Positions 52,607 to 64,000 of a DNA stretch of 64,000 bases are shown piece after piece; positions within the stretch are counted from its first letter, which is position 1, and the number at the start of each line of letters is the position of its first letter. The notes under the pieces were generated by a model. That model was not told the DNA's origin. It worked only from the letters and a program-made list of their open reading frames with translations, and made no database searches. The position numbers and the translations under genes are program-made. This DNA is from Octopus sinensis (taxonomy: Eukaryota). The DNA lies in assembly GCF_006345805.1 (NCBI RefSeq), contig NC_043006.1, positions 97,154,001 to 97,218,000 of the forward strand, given 5' to 3'.

Positions 52607-54651
52607 TATATATATAAGCATATCCAAGTGTGATCGTTGCCAGGGCCACAGGTTGGCTCCTGTGCCAGTGACATGTGAAAAGCACCATTTGAGTGTGATC
52701 GTTGCCAGCGTCACCTTACCGACATATGTGCCAGTGGCACATGAAAAGCAACATTCGAGCATGGTCGTTGCCAGTGCCGCCGGACTGGCTCCCATGCAGG
52801 TGGTATGTAAAAACACCTTTTGAGTGTGGTCATTGCCAGAACCGCCTGACTGGCCCTCGCACCGGTGGCACGAACAAAGCACCCACTACACTCTTGGAAT
52901 GGTTGGCGTTAGGAAGGGCATCCAGCTGTAGAAACTTTACCAGATCAGATTGAGCCTGGTGCAGCCTCTGGCTCACCAGTCCTCAGGCCAACCCACGCCA
53001 ATATGGAAAGTGGATGTTCAACGATGATGATGACGACACACACAGTTCAAATTTATAGAAAAACAAAGACAAAGACAGGTGTAGGAACAACAAGCAAGGG
53101 TATTAGTTTGATCATCATCATCATTTAGTGTCCGCTTTCCATGCTAGCATGGGTTGGACAGTTCAACTGGGGTCTGAGAAGCCAGAAGGCTGCATCAGGC
53201 CCAGTCTGATCTGGCAGTGTTTCTACGGCGGATGCCCTTCCTAACGCCAACCACTCCATGAGTGTAGTGGGTGCTTTTTACATGCCACCCGCACAGGTGC
53301 CAGACAGAGCTGGCAAACAGCCACGAACGGATGGTGCTTTTACGTGCCACCGGCACAGAGGCCAGTCGGGGCGCGCTCAGGAAAAATGAAAAAGTCTTTT
53401 ACGTTTCAAGCCTACGCACTTTGGAAAGGAATAAGAGGTAAAAACAGAGAGAATGAAAAACACTTGTTGAGTTCAGTGGCCCAACATGGTGCATAGAGCA
53501 AGGCACCAAGCATCTTGGATGCAGACACACACCCACACCATCTTGAAGAATTCTTAGTCAAATCAATCAAGCACAGGATTTATTTGAAGTCTGGTACTTA
53601 TTCTAGTGGTTTCTTTCACCAAACTGGTAAGTGACAGGGATAAGGGTCAAGCAGTGGTGGAGGACAAAAACACAAACTTCTTTCAGTTTATATCTACGAA
53701 ATTGACTCAAGTTTTGGTTGGCCTGAGGTTCAAGTCCAAGACAGTCACTCAAGGTGCCACGGAGTGGGATCAAATCAGGAACAATGTGGTTAGAAAGCAA
53801 AGTTCTTACCACACAGCTACTGAAGTTTGATAAAAAAAAAAAAAAATTTTTTTTCAAATCCAACAGACCTTTGATCAAAACATCCAAAACCTGCCCATCT
53901 CATCCTTCTTTTAGGCAGTGCATCAAGGATCACATAATTTTAAATGCCCTTTACATTTCAAAATGGTACGGAATGATATTAAGAATTTCAGTGCTATTTC
54001 TGTCTGATCAAGCAATTAGTTTTACTGCTCGTTTATTATGCTGACAAAGTGAAATATCACGTCATCATTCAGGTTATATAATTCAATTTACCTGCTCTAA
54101 AGTGTTCATATTTAAATAGTCACAGTGGGTTGGTATTGAAAAGGTTAATAACATAATTGTCACCTCTATAATCACATGAGCATCAAGGCAGCTGATATCA
54201 CACAATACATTTCTCTCTCTCTCCTTCCTGTTATCAAACCTCATCCACATGAAAGCTAAACAGCTCGGAGACGTTGGTAACTGTGTAACCCTCCCTCATC
54301 TGAGACTTGTCGTCAGTTCACAATTGTAGGAGAGTTTTCAATTTTCTTCAATAGCAGTTAAAATATCCAGAAAAATATACACCACCCGAAGATAATGAAG
54401 ACCCCGTTATGCTGTCGCTTCTGTTGAATACAGCAGCCACATGCCATTCAAATAACACTTGACAGACAAATAGTAGTAGTATACTAGTTGTACTAAGCAG
54501 AGTGGCAAGATGGGGACAGGCACATAACTGTCCTAAATACTCCATAAAAAGATGGCATAATGATGATAGAGGTATGTGGGGCCTGACGATAGGCAACAAT
54601 AATGACACACTAATCTAGACAACAACACTTAAAAGTCAAACGTTTGATAAA

Positions 54652-54941
54652 TCTTTATATATAAAAGTGAGGTTGTGTGCTGTCTGTCTCCTACGATTTA
54701 GATTCCTAACTACTCCCACATTTTGCGGTGCAGTTTAACCAAAAGCGGGTATCTTATAGTCGTGATTCACATCAAGCCCTTCTGGGTATTAGCGCACGTC
54801 TACGATTTAAAAAAAAATTTACCATCATTAGCCCCCATTTTTAATGCATTTTTTTGCTATGATATAAGGGAAGTAACTCTCTAAAAATGCTTATATAGTT
54901 ATTTCCCTTACAAACCCGAGTAACGCCGGGCGATACTGTAG
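54652..54941 (+). mobile_element. Non-autonomous Helitron (same family)
   Basis: Homologous to 48444-48734; 3' end CTGTAG. Confidence 0.82.
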
Positions 54942-55659
54942 TTCATTAAAAGCCTCACTATCTCTTCTCCCATTGTTCTCGAACTGACAAGTATTAACCA
55001 GCACCAACCCCAATTCTTTAGTCTTTAACTTGTTTTAGTCAGATTGCAACCGTGCTGGAACACCGTCTTCAAGGGTTTAGTTCAGGGGTTCTCAACCACT
55101 TTTTATCTATGACTGCTAGTTTATTCTGGTGGACCATGTTTAAGAATTAGTTTTCTAGATGCTTCTTCCAAAATTCCTATTGTTTTTCACACATTAACTT
55201 CTGTAGTTTGAAAAATGCAAGACAGAGGAAGAAACCTGGCTGTTTCTTGAAATGATCTCAAATGAAGTAGAGAAGACCTTAGGTTGGTTGATATCAAAGT
55301 TTAAAGGTATTTTTTGAATGAAATATACAAAAGAAACATGATCTGCAACGGACAGTGTGTGCTGAATGATGGAAAAGCATTTGATGAGAATGAAAGACAC
55401 CAAAAGCAGCAACAACTGATATGAGAAAAGCTGAGGATGTCAGACCTTCGAGACAAAATGAGGCTGGACTCTAATAAATGACAGCATTGGGAGGGGAAAA
55501 AATAGACATTAAGACAATGATGGAAGTTGATTTCACAATCATTATTGAATTCTAAAGATTATAATTAACTTGATAGCAGACAACTTCAAAGATGTTATAA
55601 TTGTGTGTGAATTTGTAATGCAAATGAAGACCATCAATATTCATCAGAAACCAACATTC

Positions 55660-55690
<31 letters not shown>

Positions 55691-57006
55691 TACAGACACA
55701 CATTATATATCGTCAAAACAGGCCTAAATGTCTCGAAGCAAGAGATGAGAAGAGTTGAAAAGCGAGTAAATTAAGTAGGAACTGGCATGGCTGGGTAAAG
55801 TTTGCTTCCAAATTACATGGTTCTGGATTCAATGCCACTGAGTCTTGTACTACGGCCACAGGCTGACCAATGTCTGGCAAATGGATTTCATAAACAGAAA
55901 CTGAAGGCCCATTGTATGTATGTGAATGAGAACATGTAAGAGTTGTCGGTACCGCATCAACACCTGACAGCTGGCATTGGTTTGTTTATGTCCCTACAAC
56001 TCAATGCTTCAGCAAAGGAGGACAATAGAGAAGTACAAGGCATTAAAATTAAAAAAAAAAAAAAAAAGGTAGGGGTTGATTTCTTTGACCCTTTAAGACC
56101 GTGTCTCATTGTGACTGCTGTCCAATAAATGAAACCAGTAAAAATTAGGTGGGTGTACGGATAGCTGCAAGAGTTTACTTTCAAACTACATACCAAATTC
56201 GGTCCCACCGCACTACTACTATTGACATGAAGGTGACCAATGCCCTGCAAGTCAAACTTCATAAACAAAACAAGCCCATTATATACCTACACTGGCTCAT
56301 CATTTAACGTCCACTCACCATGCTGGCATGGATTAGACAGCTTGGCTGGAACTGGTAAGCTGCACTAGGGCCCCGTCCATATGTGGCTTGGTTTCTAAGG
56401 TTGGATGCCCTTCCTAAAACCAACCGCTCTAAGAGTGTAGTGGGTGCCTTTTATGTGTCACCAGCACAGAAGCCGTTACAGTTTACTCTAAGTTATTTTA
56501 GATTAAAACCTTCCAGCAAAATTTCAAATTTATTTATGCTCTAAACCCTTAATAGTAACGAAGCTAAATTACTAATTTCTTCATAATATTCAAAAGTAAT
56601 CAAAACAAAAGCAGTGTATTTATGCCAACAAAAGAGTTAAGCTTCCAGTAAGCAGCAGAACACTACTTCAATGGCTACAGGGCTTAATGCTTGGATCTTA
56701 GTACATACAGGGCTAAAGCCAAATTTAATGAGAGAGCATAAGACAGAAAGGAGAGATGCAGAAGACAAGCAGAAGATTAAATTTGAGTCAAATCAAACTA
56801 AAATTAGATCAAGCTAGACAAACACATATGATCAAAACAGGTAACCAATGTTCAATTGCCACCTGAATATCATAATTTTGCTCATCACACTCTATTAGTA
56901 AGTTAACACAAGTGTGATGCTCAGCCCATTTGCCGCTGTTCTTGCTTAGACCAGGTTACCATACAGGCTAATACTAAGGACCTACCTATCCAGAACATAT
57001 TTAAAG

Positions 57007-57163
57007 AGCAGGAGTGGCTGTGTGGTAAGTAGCTCGCTTACCAACCACATGGTTCCGGGTTCAGTCTCACTGCGTGACACTTTGGGCAAGTGTCTTCTAT
57101 AGCCCCGGGCCAACCAAAGCTTTGCGAGTGGATTTGGTAGACGGAAACTGAAAGAAGCCCGTC

Positions 57164-57203
<40 letters not shown>

Positions 57204-57419
57204 ATGTTTGTCTGTCTGTGTTTGTCCCCCTAGCATTGCTTGACAACCGATGCTGGTGTGTTTATGTCCCCGTCACTTAGCGGTTCGGCAAAAAGAGACC
57301 GATAGAATAAGTACTGGGCTTACAAAGAATAAGTCCTGGGGTCGATTTGCTCGATTAAAAGGCGGTGCTCCAGCATGGCCGCAGTCAAAATGACTGAAAC
57401 AAGTAAAAGAGTAAAGAGT
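57007..57419 (+). mobile_element. SINE family A
   Basis: Family match. Confidence 0.9.
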
Positions 57420-58297
57420 ATATTTTGAGGAAAATTTTGTTTGCTCATGATTTTGTAGCTAACTCTTATATTGGCAGCTTCATTAGGATGACTACAATGC
57501 AGTCATACAACCAGGGTCTATGTAAGATTTTTAGAGATCCGTGCAACAAAAAAGTAAATTGAGAATCCACAATAGCATTTTAAAGGCCCTTTGTTTCAGT
57601 CATGTGACTGTGGCCATGCTGGAGCACCGCCTTTAGTCGAAGAAATAGACCCCAGGATTTATTCTTTGTAAGCCTAGTACTTATTCTATCGGTTTCTTTT
57701 GCCGAACCGCTAAGTTACAGGGATGTAAAACACACTAGCAATTCTCATTTTGTACATGACAGAAATTGAAAGCTGACAAAACAATAATGTCAACATTGCA
57801 ATGATAATGTGTGTTTTAAACATTTAATAATTGAAAAATAACCACAAAATGAGTAAACAACACGCATTTTGTAGTTTTAAGCATTCAATATGCATTTAAT
57901 GTGAAAAGAAAGATACACATTTTGTAGTTTTAAGAGCAGAAAAAAAATAACCCCAGAGTAAACAGCTAATTCTGTTTTTCGTAAACACTTGGTTTATACA
58001 GGAGAGTGCCAACACTTGTTACTATGGAAACAGGCATCTACTTTTGATTGGCTAACATTACCCAAAATTTGCAAACTTTAAAAGCAATTAACTATTTATT
58101 TATTGATTTATGGTGAAAATAAATTTCATGTCAATAATGAGCAAACAAAACTACATCAGTTGACCAAATTTGAAATCAGTCGGAACAAAAATTGAAGAAA
58201 TTGAAAAGTGGCAGTGAAACAGAAAATATCCAAAACAGTTAAAGTTTAGTGACAGAAATTGCATATGGCTGCAAAAACAATGCCTCTATAATATATA

Positions 58298-58817
58298 CCG
58301 TAAACCCTCGAGTATAATCCGCATATTTTCCCCAAAATTTAAAGGTCAAAATCCCTAGTGCATACTATATACGAAGTTAAAAATGAAAAACATTTTCTAA
58401 GCAATGTCCGAGTCTATTTGCTGTCCAGCAATGTTTATTCAGATGCATTTTGTGATGTCGGGCACGAAAATACCTTAAGCTAAGCCTGAAAGCAATGAAG
58501 TCATAAAACAATCATCCATAACTTGCAGTAAGCAACATTTATTAAAATAAAAGTATTCAGAACACAGAATAACATGTAACAAAAGCAATTTGAAAACATA
58601 TTTACATTCCCATATAACAGTTAAGAACATCACCATTATTGTATTACGCATGCACGGAAGTGTTTGTTTGACTAGGTGCTGCTGGCTTAATTACACACGA
58701 CTAAAGTTAGAGAAGGGGTGCGTATTATGCACAAGGTTTAGATTTTTTATAAGTACAGCCCCCTAAAAATCCCCTGCGTATTATACTCAAGGGTGGACTA
58801 CACTTGAGGATTTACAA
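58298..58817. mobile_element. Tc1/pogo-like non-autonomous DNA transposon
   Basis: TA|CCGTAAACCCTCGAGTATAATCC ... GGACTACACTTGAGGATTTACAA|TA imperfect terminal inverted repeats. Confidence 0.7.
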
Positions 58818-58886
58818 TATGTGTAATCTTTGCTTGCAGGAGAAAAAAAAAAAATCTTTGAATGAATATATAATGGCAGTTGGGGG

Positions 58887-59315
58887 TGTAACAGGATCTG
58901 GAGTCGGTATCACTGGAGGGGTGTCCGATCTGATCCCGTCACATTCAATTTTAGTTAAATATAACAGACGAAGTCAGGTTATCTGGGAAAGACAGCAAAT
59001 GTTTATTACTCGTGATGATGTAGATCTGGTGTACGTATTTCTGACGGGAACCGACAGCCGAATCTGTTGCATTGCATCTTGTTGGTTGGTCGAAGTGATT
59101 CGATGTGGTCCGCTGCTAAGTTGGTGTGTAGTCGTCAAAGACTACTTGTACGCGTCCGTTCACGAGGGCTGCCGAGGCCAGAAAGGCTGAGTGAGCGAAC
59201 TGCGCTTAGGGGTCAGTTTCCCGCACATGCGCATGGGGTAAGACTTCCGGTGGCCAACCGGAAGTAATCCCATTCTGCGCAAGCGCACTGAACCTTACAC
59301 AGCAGCATCACTACA
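58887..59315 (-). mobile_element. Solo LTR (429 bp, probably Gypsy)
   Basis: TGTA...TACA termini, GGGG on both sides (4-bp TSD), CpG-rich, AATAAA on the minus strand near 59002-59007. Confidence 0.75.
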
Positions 59316-59775
59316 GGGGCATTCCCAGTTTCTGTAAAACTGATTTACACTCACTGGCCATAAGTTGAGTTGAGTTTGTAGCGGAATATGCCGAATTGCA
59401 GCCCATTGGGATTGAACCCTGTACCAAGTGGTTGCAGAGCTAACCTGTTAACCACACAGTCATGACTAAGTTCTAAAAGTGTTTTGGTTTGCTGGTATTG
59501 ATATTTGTTGGTATTAACTTGCTTTCAGTTAAATGTGTGCAAGTGATCTTCACAAGAGAATTTAAAAGAACATAGAGGTTAATAATGGTATGAAAAATGG
59601 TTGCAGAATTATGATATTGCAATCATTTATCATTATAGGATCGAAATATTGGAAATCTATTAATTGATCACAATAAATATAGTTATCTAATTTGGTAATC
59701 ATATTTTTACTGATACATTTAAGACAACAAAATAGAAAATAAACAAATGTTCTATTTTTTTTTTTATATGGTTAC

Positions 59776-59799
59776 CTTATCTGAGTCCAAGAGTCGTAG
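59776..59799 (-). CDS. Candidate 24-nt exon (LRLLDSDK) of an unidentified upstream minus-strand gene, or a MIS12 5'UTR exon
   Basis: Acceptor atttgttacag, donor AAG|GTAACC, in unique sequence. Confidence 0.33.
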
Positions 59800-60131
59800 C
59801 TGTAACAAATGGGGTTATAAATGACTAACACCACTTTATTTCATTGGTAATCTTATTTAATTAAGCCCAGGAGCCATTGCGGTAGTCTTCCACTGTTTAC
59901 TGCAAGCTTAACCCTTTTGTTAGCATAAATTCATTGCTTCTGTTTTAATTTTGAATGTTCTGAAGCTAGTAAAGTAACTTCATCAGTATTAAGTTGGGGT
60001 TTGGGGTATAAATTGGAAAGAAATTTTGCTGAAAGATTTTTATTTTAAAATAACTTTAAACCCTTTAGCATTCAAATCACTCTGTCAAACATAATGCTTG
60101 TTTATTCACATTGTTTTGAATTAATCAGGGC

Positions 60132-60533
60132 ATGGGCCGATGCCAGCGCTGCCTCGACTGGCAGCACATAAAAAGCACCATCCGAACGTGGCCGATGCCA
60201 GCGCCGCCTTGGCTGGCTTCCATGCCGGTGGCACGTTAAAAGCACCATCCGAACGTGGCCGATGCCAGCGCCGCCTTGGCTGGCTTCCATGCCGGTGGCA
60301 CGTTAAAAGCACCAACCGATCGTGGCCGATGCCGGACCCCCTGGCACCTGTGCAGGTGGCACATAAAAAGCACCCACTACACTCGCGGAGTGGTTGGCGT
60401 TAGGAAGGGCATCCAGCTGTAGAAACTCTGCCAGATCAGACTGGAGCCTGGTGCAGCCCCTGGCTTCCCAGACCCCGGTCGAACCGTCCAACCCGTGCTA
60501 GCACGGAAAACAGACGTTAAACGATGATGATGA
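60132..60533 (+). mobile_element. RTE 3' end with ~67-bp tandem units, inside a piggyBac-like MITE
   Basis: GCCGATGCCAGCGCCGCC repeats at 60191 and 60258; RTE tail. Confidence 0.85.
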
Positions 60534-60567
60534 TTGTCTCCTAGATTTGAGATTTTGATGATGTGAT

Positions 60568-60928
60568 ACTCTTTTACTTGTTTCACTCATTTGAATGCGA
60601 CCATGCTGGAGTACTGCCTTTTAATCAAGCAAATTGATTCCAGGACTTATTCTATCGGTCTCTTTTACCGAAACGCTAAGTTACAGGGGCATTAACACAC
60701 CAGCATCGGTTGTCAAGTGATGTTGGTGAGACAAGCACAGACACACACACACATATATATACATATATACACCAGGCTTCTTTCAGTTTCAGTCTACCAA
60801 TTCCACTCACGACTCTTTGGTCGGCCCGAGGCTATAGTAGAAGACACTTGCCCAAGGTACCATGCAGTGGGACTGAACTGGGAACCATGTGGTTGGTAAG
60901 CAAGCTACTTACCACATAGCCACTCCTA
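60568..60928 (-). mobile_element. SINE family A. Older or partial copies also at ~17800-18080, 18260-18635, 22840-23365, 37961-38145, 46022-46356, 53500-53820, 57590-57740, 61213-61400
   Basis: Family match with more divergence. Confidence 0.82.
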
Positions 60929-61376
60929 ACTGTACAGTAAATGTAGACTTATGGTACAAATACACAAAAACCAGAAGTGGCAATATATCAATCCACTATG
61001 ACAGGGGTTCTCAACCATTCTTTTTATCTATGGAATCCTTTGATGACTATTTTCTGGTGGACCCCCTACAAACTAGTTTTATAGAAACTTTTTCAAAATT
61101 CCTACATTGTGTTTCACATGTTAATTTGTGTAGGCTGAACAATGGAAGAATGTGAGTGAAAGAAACTTGACTGTTACTTGTAATACATACAACTAAAGCA
61201 AAGATTGTTTTCAGGCATAGAAGTGGCTGTGTGGCAAGTAGTTTCCTCACCAACCACATGGTTCCAGATTCAGTCCCACAGCGTTGGCACCTTGGGTAAG
61301 TATCTTCTATTATAGCCTCGGACCGACCAAAGCTTTGTGAGTGGATTTGGTAGACGGAAACTGAAAGAAGCCCATC

Positions 61377-61433
<57 letters not shown>

Positions 61434-61437
61434 TATG

Positions 61438-62532
61438 TGAATATTCTTATTCTAGCAGCTACACTTTCAGAGCATCCACTCCCGCTACTGACTTGGTCCC
61501 CATAGGTAACAGAAGCTATCAACTACTTGTAGTTTTTCTCCTTGGAATGTGACAGCTGTTCTCTACACATTTTCAGGGTTTATAGCACCTGAGCATTTGC
61601 CACATACAAAAACAATCTTCCCAGTTAGCCTTCCTTTGATATTGCTGCACCTCTTATGTGTCCATAGCTTACACTGGGTACAGCTTATGTTGTTTCTACC
61701 TACGCTTTTCCTACAGATCGAGCAGGGCTATCTTCCTGAAGGGATTTGTGGTTTGTCTGCCTACTTATTAAGACTGGTTTTAGCTAGGTTGACTCTAAGG
61801 CCCTTTGATTCTAATCCTTGCTTCCACACCTGAAACGTTTCCTTTAGTTCTGATAGTGACTCAGCAATTAGAGCAAGATCATCAGCAGAGGAGCTCCCAG
61901 GGACATCTTGTCTTGAATTCCCGTTATTGACTGGAGGACTATGATGAATAAGAGGGGGCTGAGGACTAATCATTGGTGGACCTCTACCCTGAATTCTTCA
62001 CTGTACTCATTGCCAACCCTCACCTTACTGACAGCATCCCTGTACATGGCTTGTACAGCTCTCACTAACCATTCATATATCCCTAGTTTCCTCGATCACC
62101 AGATAAGGGATCAAGAGACCCTGTCAAAGGCTTTCTCCATGTCAACAAAAGCCAGGTACAGAGGTTTATCTTTGGCTAGGTATTTCTCTTGCAGCTGTCT
62201 TACCAGAAATATAGCATCAGTGTTGCCTTTCCCTGGCACGAACCCAAACTGCATCCCATCTAGACTGACTCTCTCTCCCTAATTAGTTGGACTATGACCC
62301 ACTCCGTGACCTTCATTACCTGATCCAACAACTTGATACCTCTGTAATTATTTGTATCTAAAGCGTCACCTTTGACTATGGTGCTGCTACACCAGTCATT
62401 GGGTAGGACTCCTTCGTGTATCACCTGGTTAACTATACAAGTGACTAGGCTATAGCCTACACCGCCAGATATTTTGAGCATCTCTGCATTGATTCCTAAT
62501 GAGCCAGGAGGGCCTTCCCTGTCTTCATACCC
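61438..62532 (-). pseudogene. Degenerate RTE LINE RT fragment containing a complete PHD-type zinc finger
   Basis: NNYRGIKLL, ADDLALIAES, GLRVNLAKT, then CSIC-x10-CTQC-x4-H-x2-C-x14-CGKC, then GDQVSSGSGCSESVAARIRI; stops, frameshifts and deletions. Confidence 0.88.
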
Positions 62533-62903
62533 TTACTCTTTTACTTGCTTCAGTCATTTGACTGCGGCCAGGCTGGAGCACCGCCTTTAGTCGAGCAAAT
62601 CGACCCCAGGACTTATTCTTTGTAAGCCCAGTACTTATTCTATCGGTCTCTTTTGCCGAACCGCTAAGTGACAGGGACGTAAACACACCAGCATCGGTTG
62701 TCATGCAATGCTAATGGGGACAAACACAGACACACAAATATATATATACATATATACGACAGGCTTCTTTCAGTTTCCGTCTACCAAATCCACTCACAAG
62801 GCATTGGTCAGCCCGAGGCTATAGCAGAAGGCATTTGCCCAAGATGCCACGCAGTGGGACTGAACCCGGAACCATGTGGTTGGTAAACAAGCTACTTACC
62901 ACA
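62533..62903 (-). mobile_element. SINE family A
   Basis: Family match. Confidence 0.9.
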
Positions 62904-62998
62904 CTACTAAAGTACAGTCAATTCGGATAGCTGGTCCCTTTGTTGGGTCAGCATTCGGCAGACTATTTCTTCCATTCATTCTCTTTATTTAGCAACTT

Positions 62999-63377
62999 AG
63001 GCGCAGGAGTGGCTGTGTGGTAAGTAGCTTGCTAACCAACCACATGGTTCCGGGTTCAGTCCCACTGCGTGGCATCTTGGGCAAGTGTCTTCTGCTATAG
63101 CCCCGGGCCGACCAATGCCTTGGGAGTGGATTTGGTAGACGGAAACTGAAAGAAGCCTGTCGTATATATGTATATGTATGTGTGTGTCTGTGTCCCCCTA
63201 GCATTGCTTGACAACCGATGCTGGTGTGTTTACGTCCCCGTCACTTAGCAGTTCGGCAAAAGAGACCGATAGAATAAGTACTGGGCTTACAAAGAATAAG
63301 TCCCGGTGTCGATTTGCTCGACTAAAGGCGGTGCTCTAGCATGGCCGCAGTCAAATGACTGAAACAAGTAAAAGAGC
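62999..63377 (+). mobile_element. SINE family A, head-to-head with the previous copy
   Basis: Family match. Confidence 0.9.
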
Positions 63378-63467
63378 AAACCTTTCATAGAGGTGTCTCC
63401 AAACTTTCTGCTTCCCCTCTGGCTAAATAAACCCGTGATAAACCAAGCGAGACGGTACGAGGTGGTT

Positions 63468-63602
63468 AAACATTCAATTCGATAGTTTCCGTGAGCACGT
63501 GTTGTCTTGCCAACCGTCAGTTGACGAATCGGTACGTGCATGTGCTTCGTTATAACTACACTCCACAACACGTGCTCACGGAATCTATCGAAATGAACGT
63601 TT
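63468..63602. repeat. CpG-rich hairpin: 38-bp arms (3 mismatches), 59-nt spacer
   Basis: AAACATTCAATTCGATAGTTTCCGTGAGCACGTGTTGT / ACAACACGTGCTCACGGAATCTATCGAAATGAACGTTT. Confidence 0.85.
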
Positions 63603-64000
63603 ACAAATTTCAAGTCAAGACGAAACATCACCTTGTATTCTTCTGAAGGTGTTTGAATAAAAACAGTTTAGGTAAAGGTACCATCGTGTAGTCATGGCAT
63701 TTTTAATGCCTGGATGATTAGTGCTGACCTGGAGAATGACTAGATGGCCACTCAGACTGCAAGAAATAGCAACTAAATATCATTCAAATAAAACTCTGCG
63801 GTCAGAGTTCTGATCGAATCACTATTTAACTTCCTGTAACTTTTAATTTCTTGGTATTTTCGGGAATTTTTTTGTGTATTTGAGCTCTACACACCAACTC
63901 GTACGATAAACAAAAAGAAGTGTAAATAAAGAATACGTAAACCCGATATTTAGGGTTGGGTTTAGGGTTAAGCTTTTACGTTACCCCGAAAACACGAGTG

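Noticed and set aside
58804-59267. 128-aa and 66-aa ORFs in the GC-rich island
   Set aside because: They overlap the solo LTR and cross or lie within its boundary; no protein motifs.
63949-63969. TTAGGG-like repeats as a telomere
   Set aside because: Only two exact units plus one imperfect one; more likely part of a transposon running off the window.

Overview
AT-rich, repeat-dense eukaryotic DNA. The SINE, RTE and MITE families look like those of octopus (coleoid cephalopod); this assignment is from recall, not a search. The host gene is a minus-strand MIS12 (kinetochore) homolog: five coding exons (47119-47206, 45315-45382, 37594-37692, 22519-22659, 8213-8333) splice in frame with canonical GT-AG sites to give 172 aa. 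Its last exon was not identified. The introns hold a near-intact Neptune-type Penelope-like retroelement (3081-7630) with an extra upstream ORF and a minimal hammerhead ribozyme in each pseudo-LTR. They also hold RTE LINE fragments with a PHD finger inside the RT region, a 2.18-kb tandem duplication, tRNA-derived SINEs, piggyBac-like MITEs, non-autonomous Helitrons and microsatellites. Upstream of the gene lie further copies of these families, a pogo-like MITE and a solo LTR. Most notable: a 179-bp near-perfect inverted duplication bracketing the first two MIS12 coding exons, two sense-oriented hammerheads in a MIS12 intron, the RT-embedded PHD finger, and a candidate 21-nt microexon. All alignments were done by eye; repeat boundaries are approximate.
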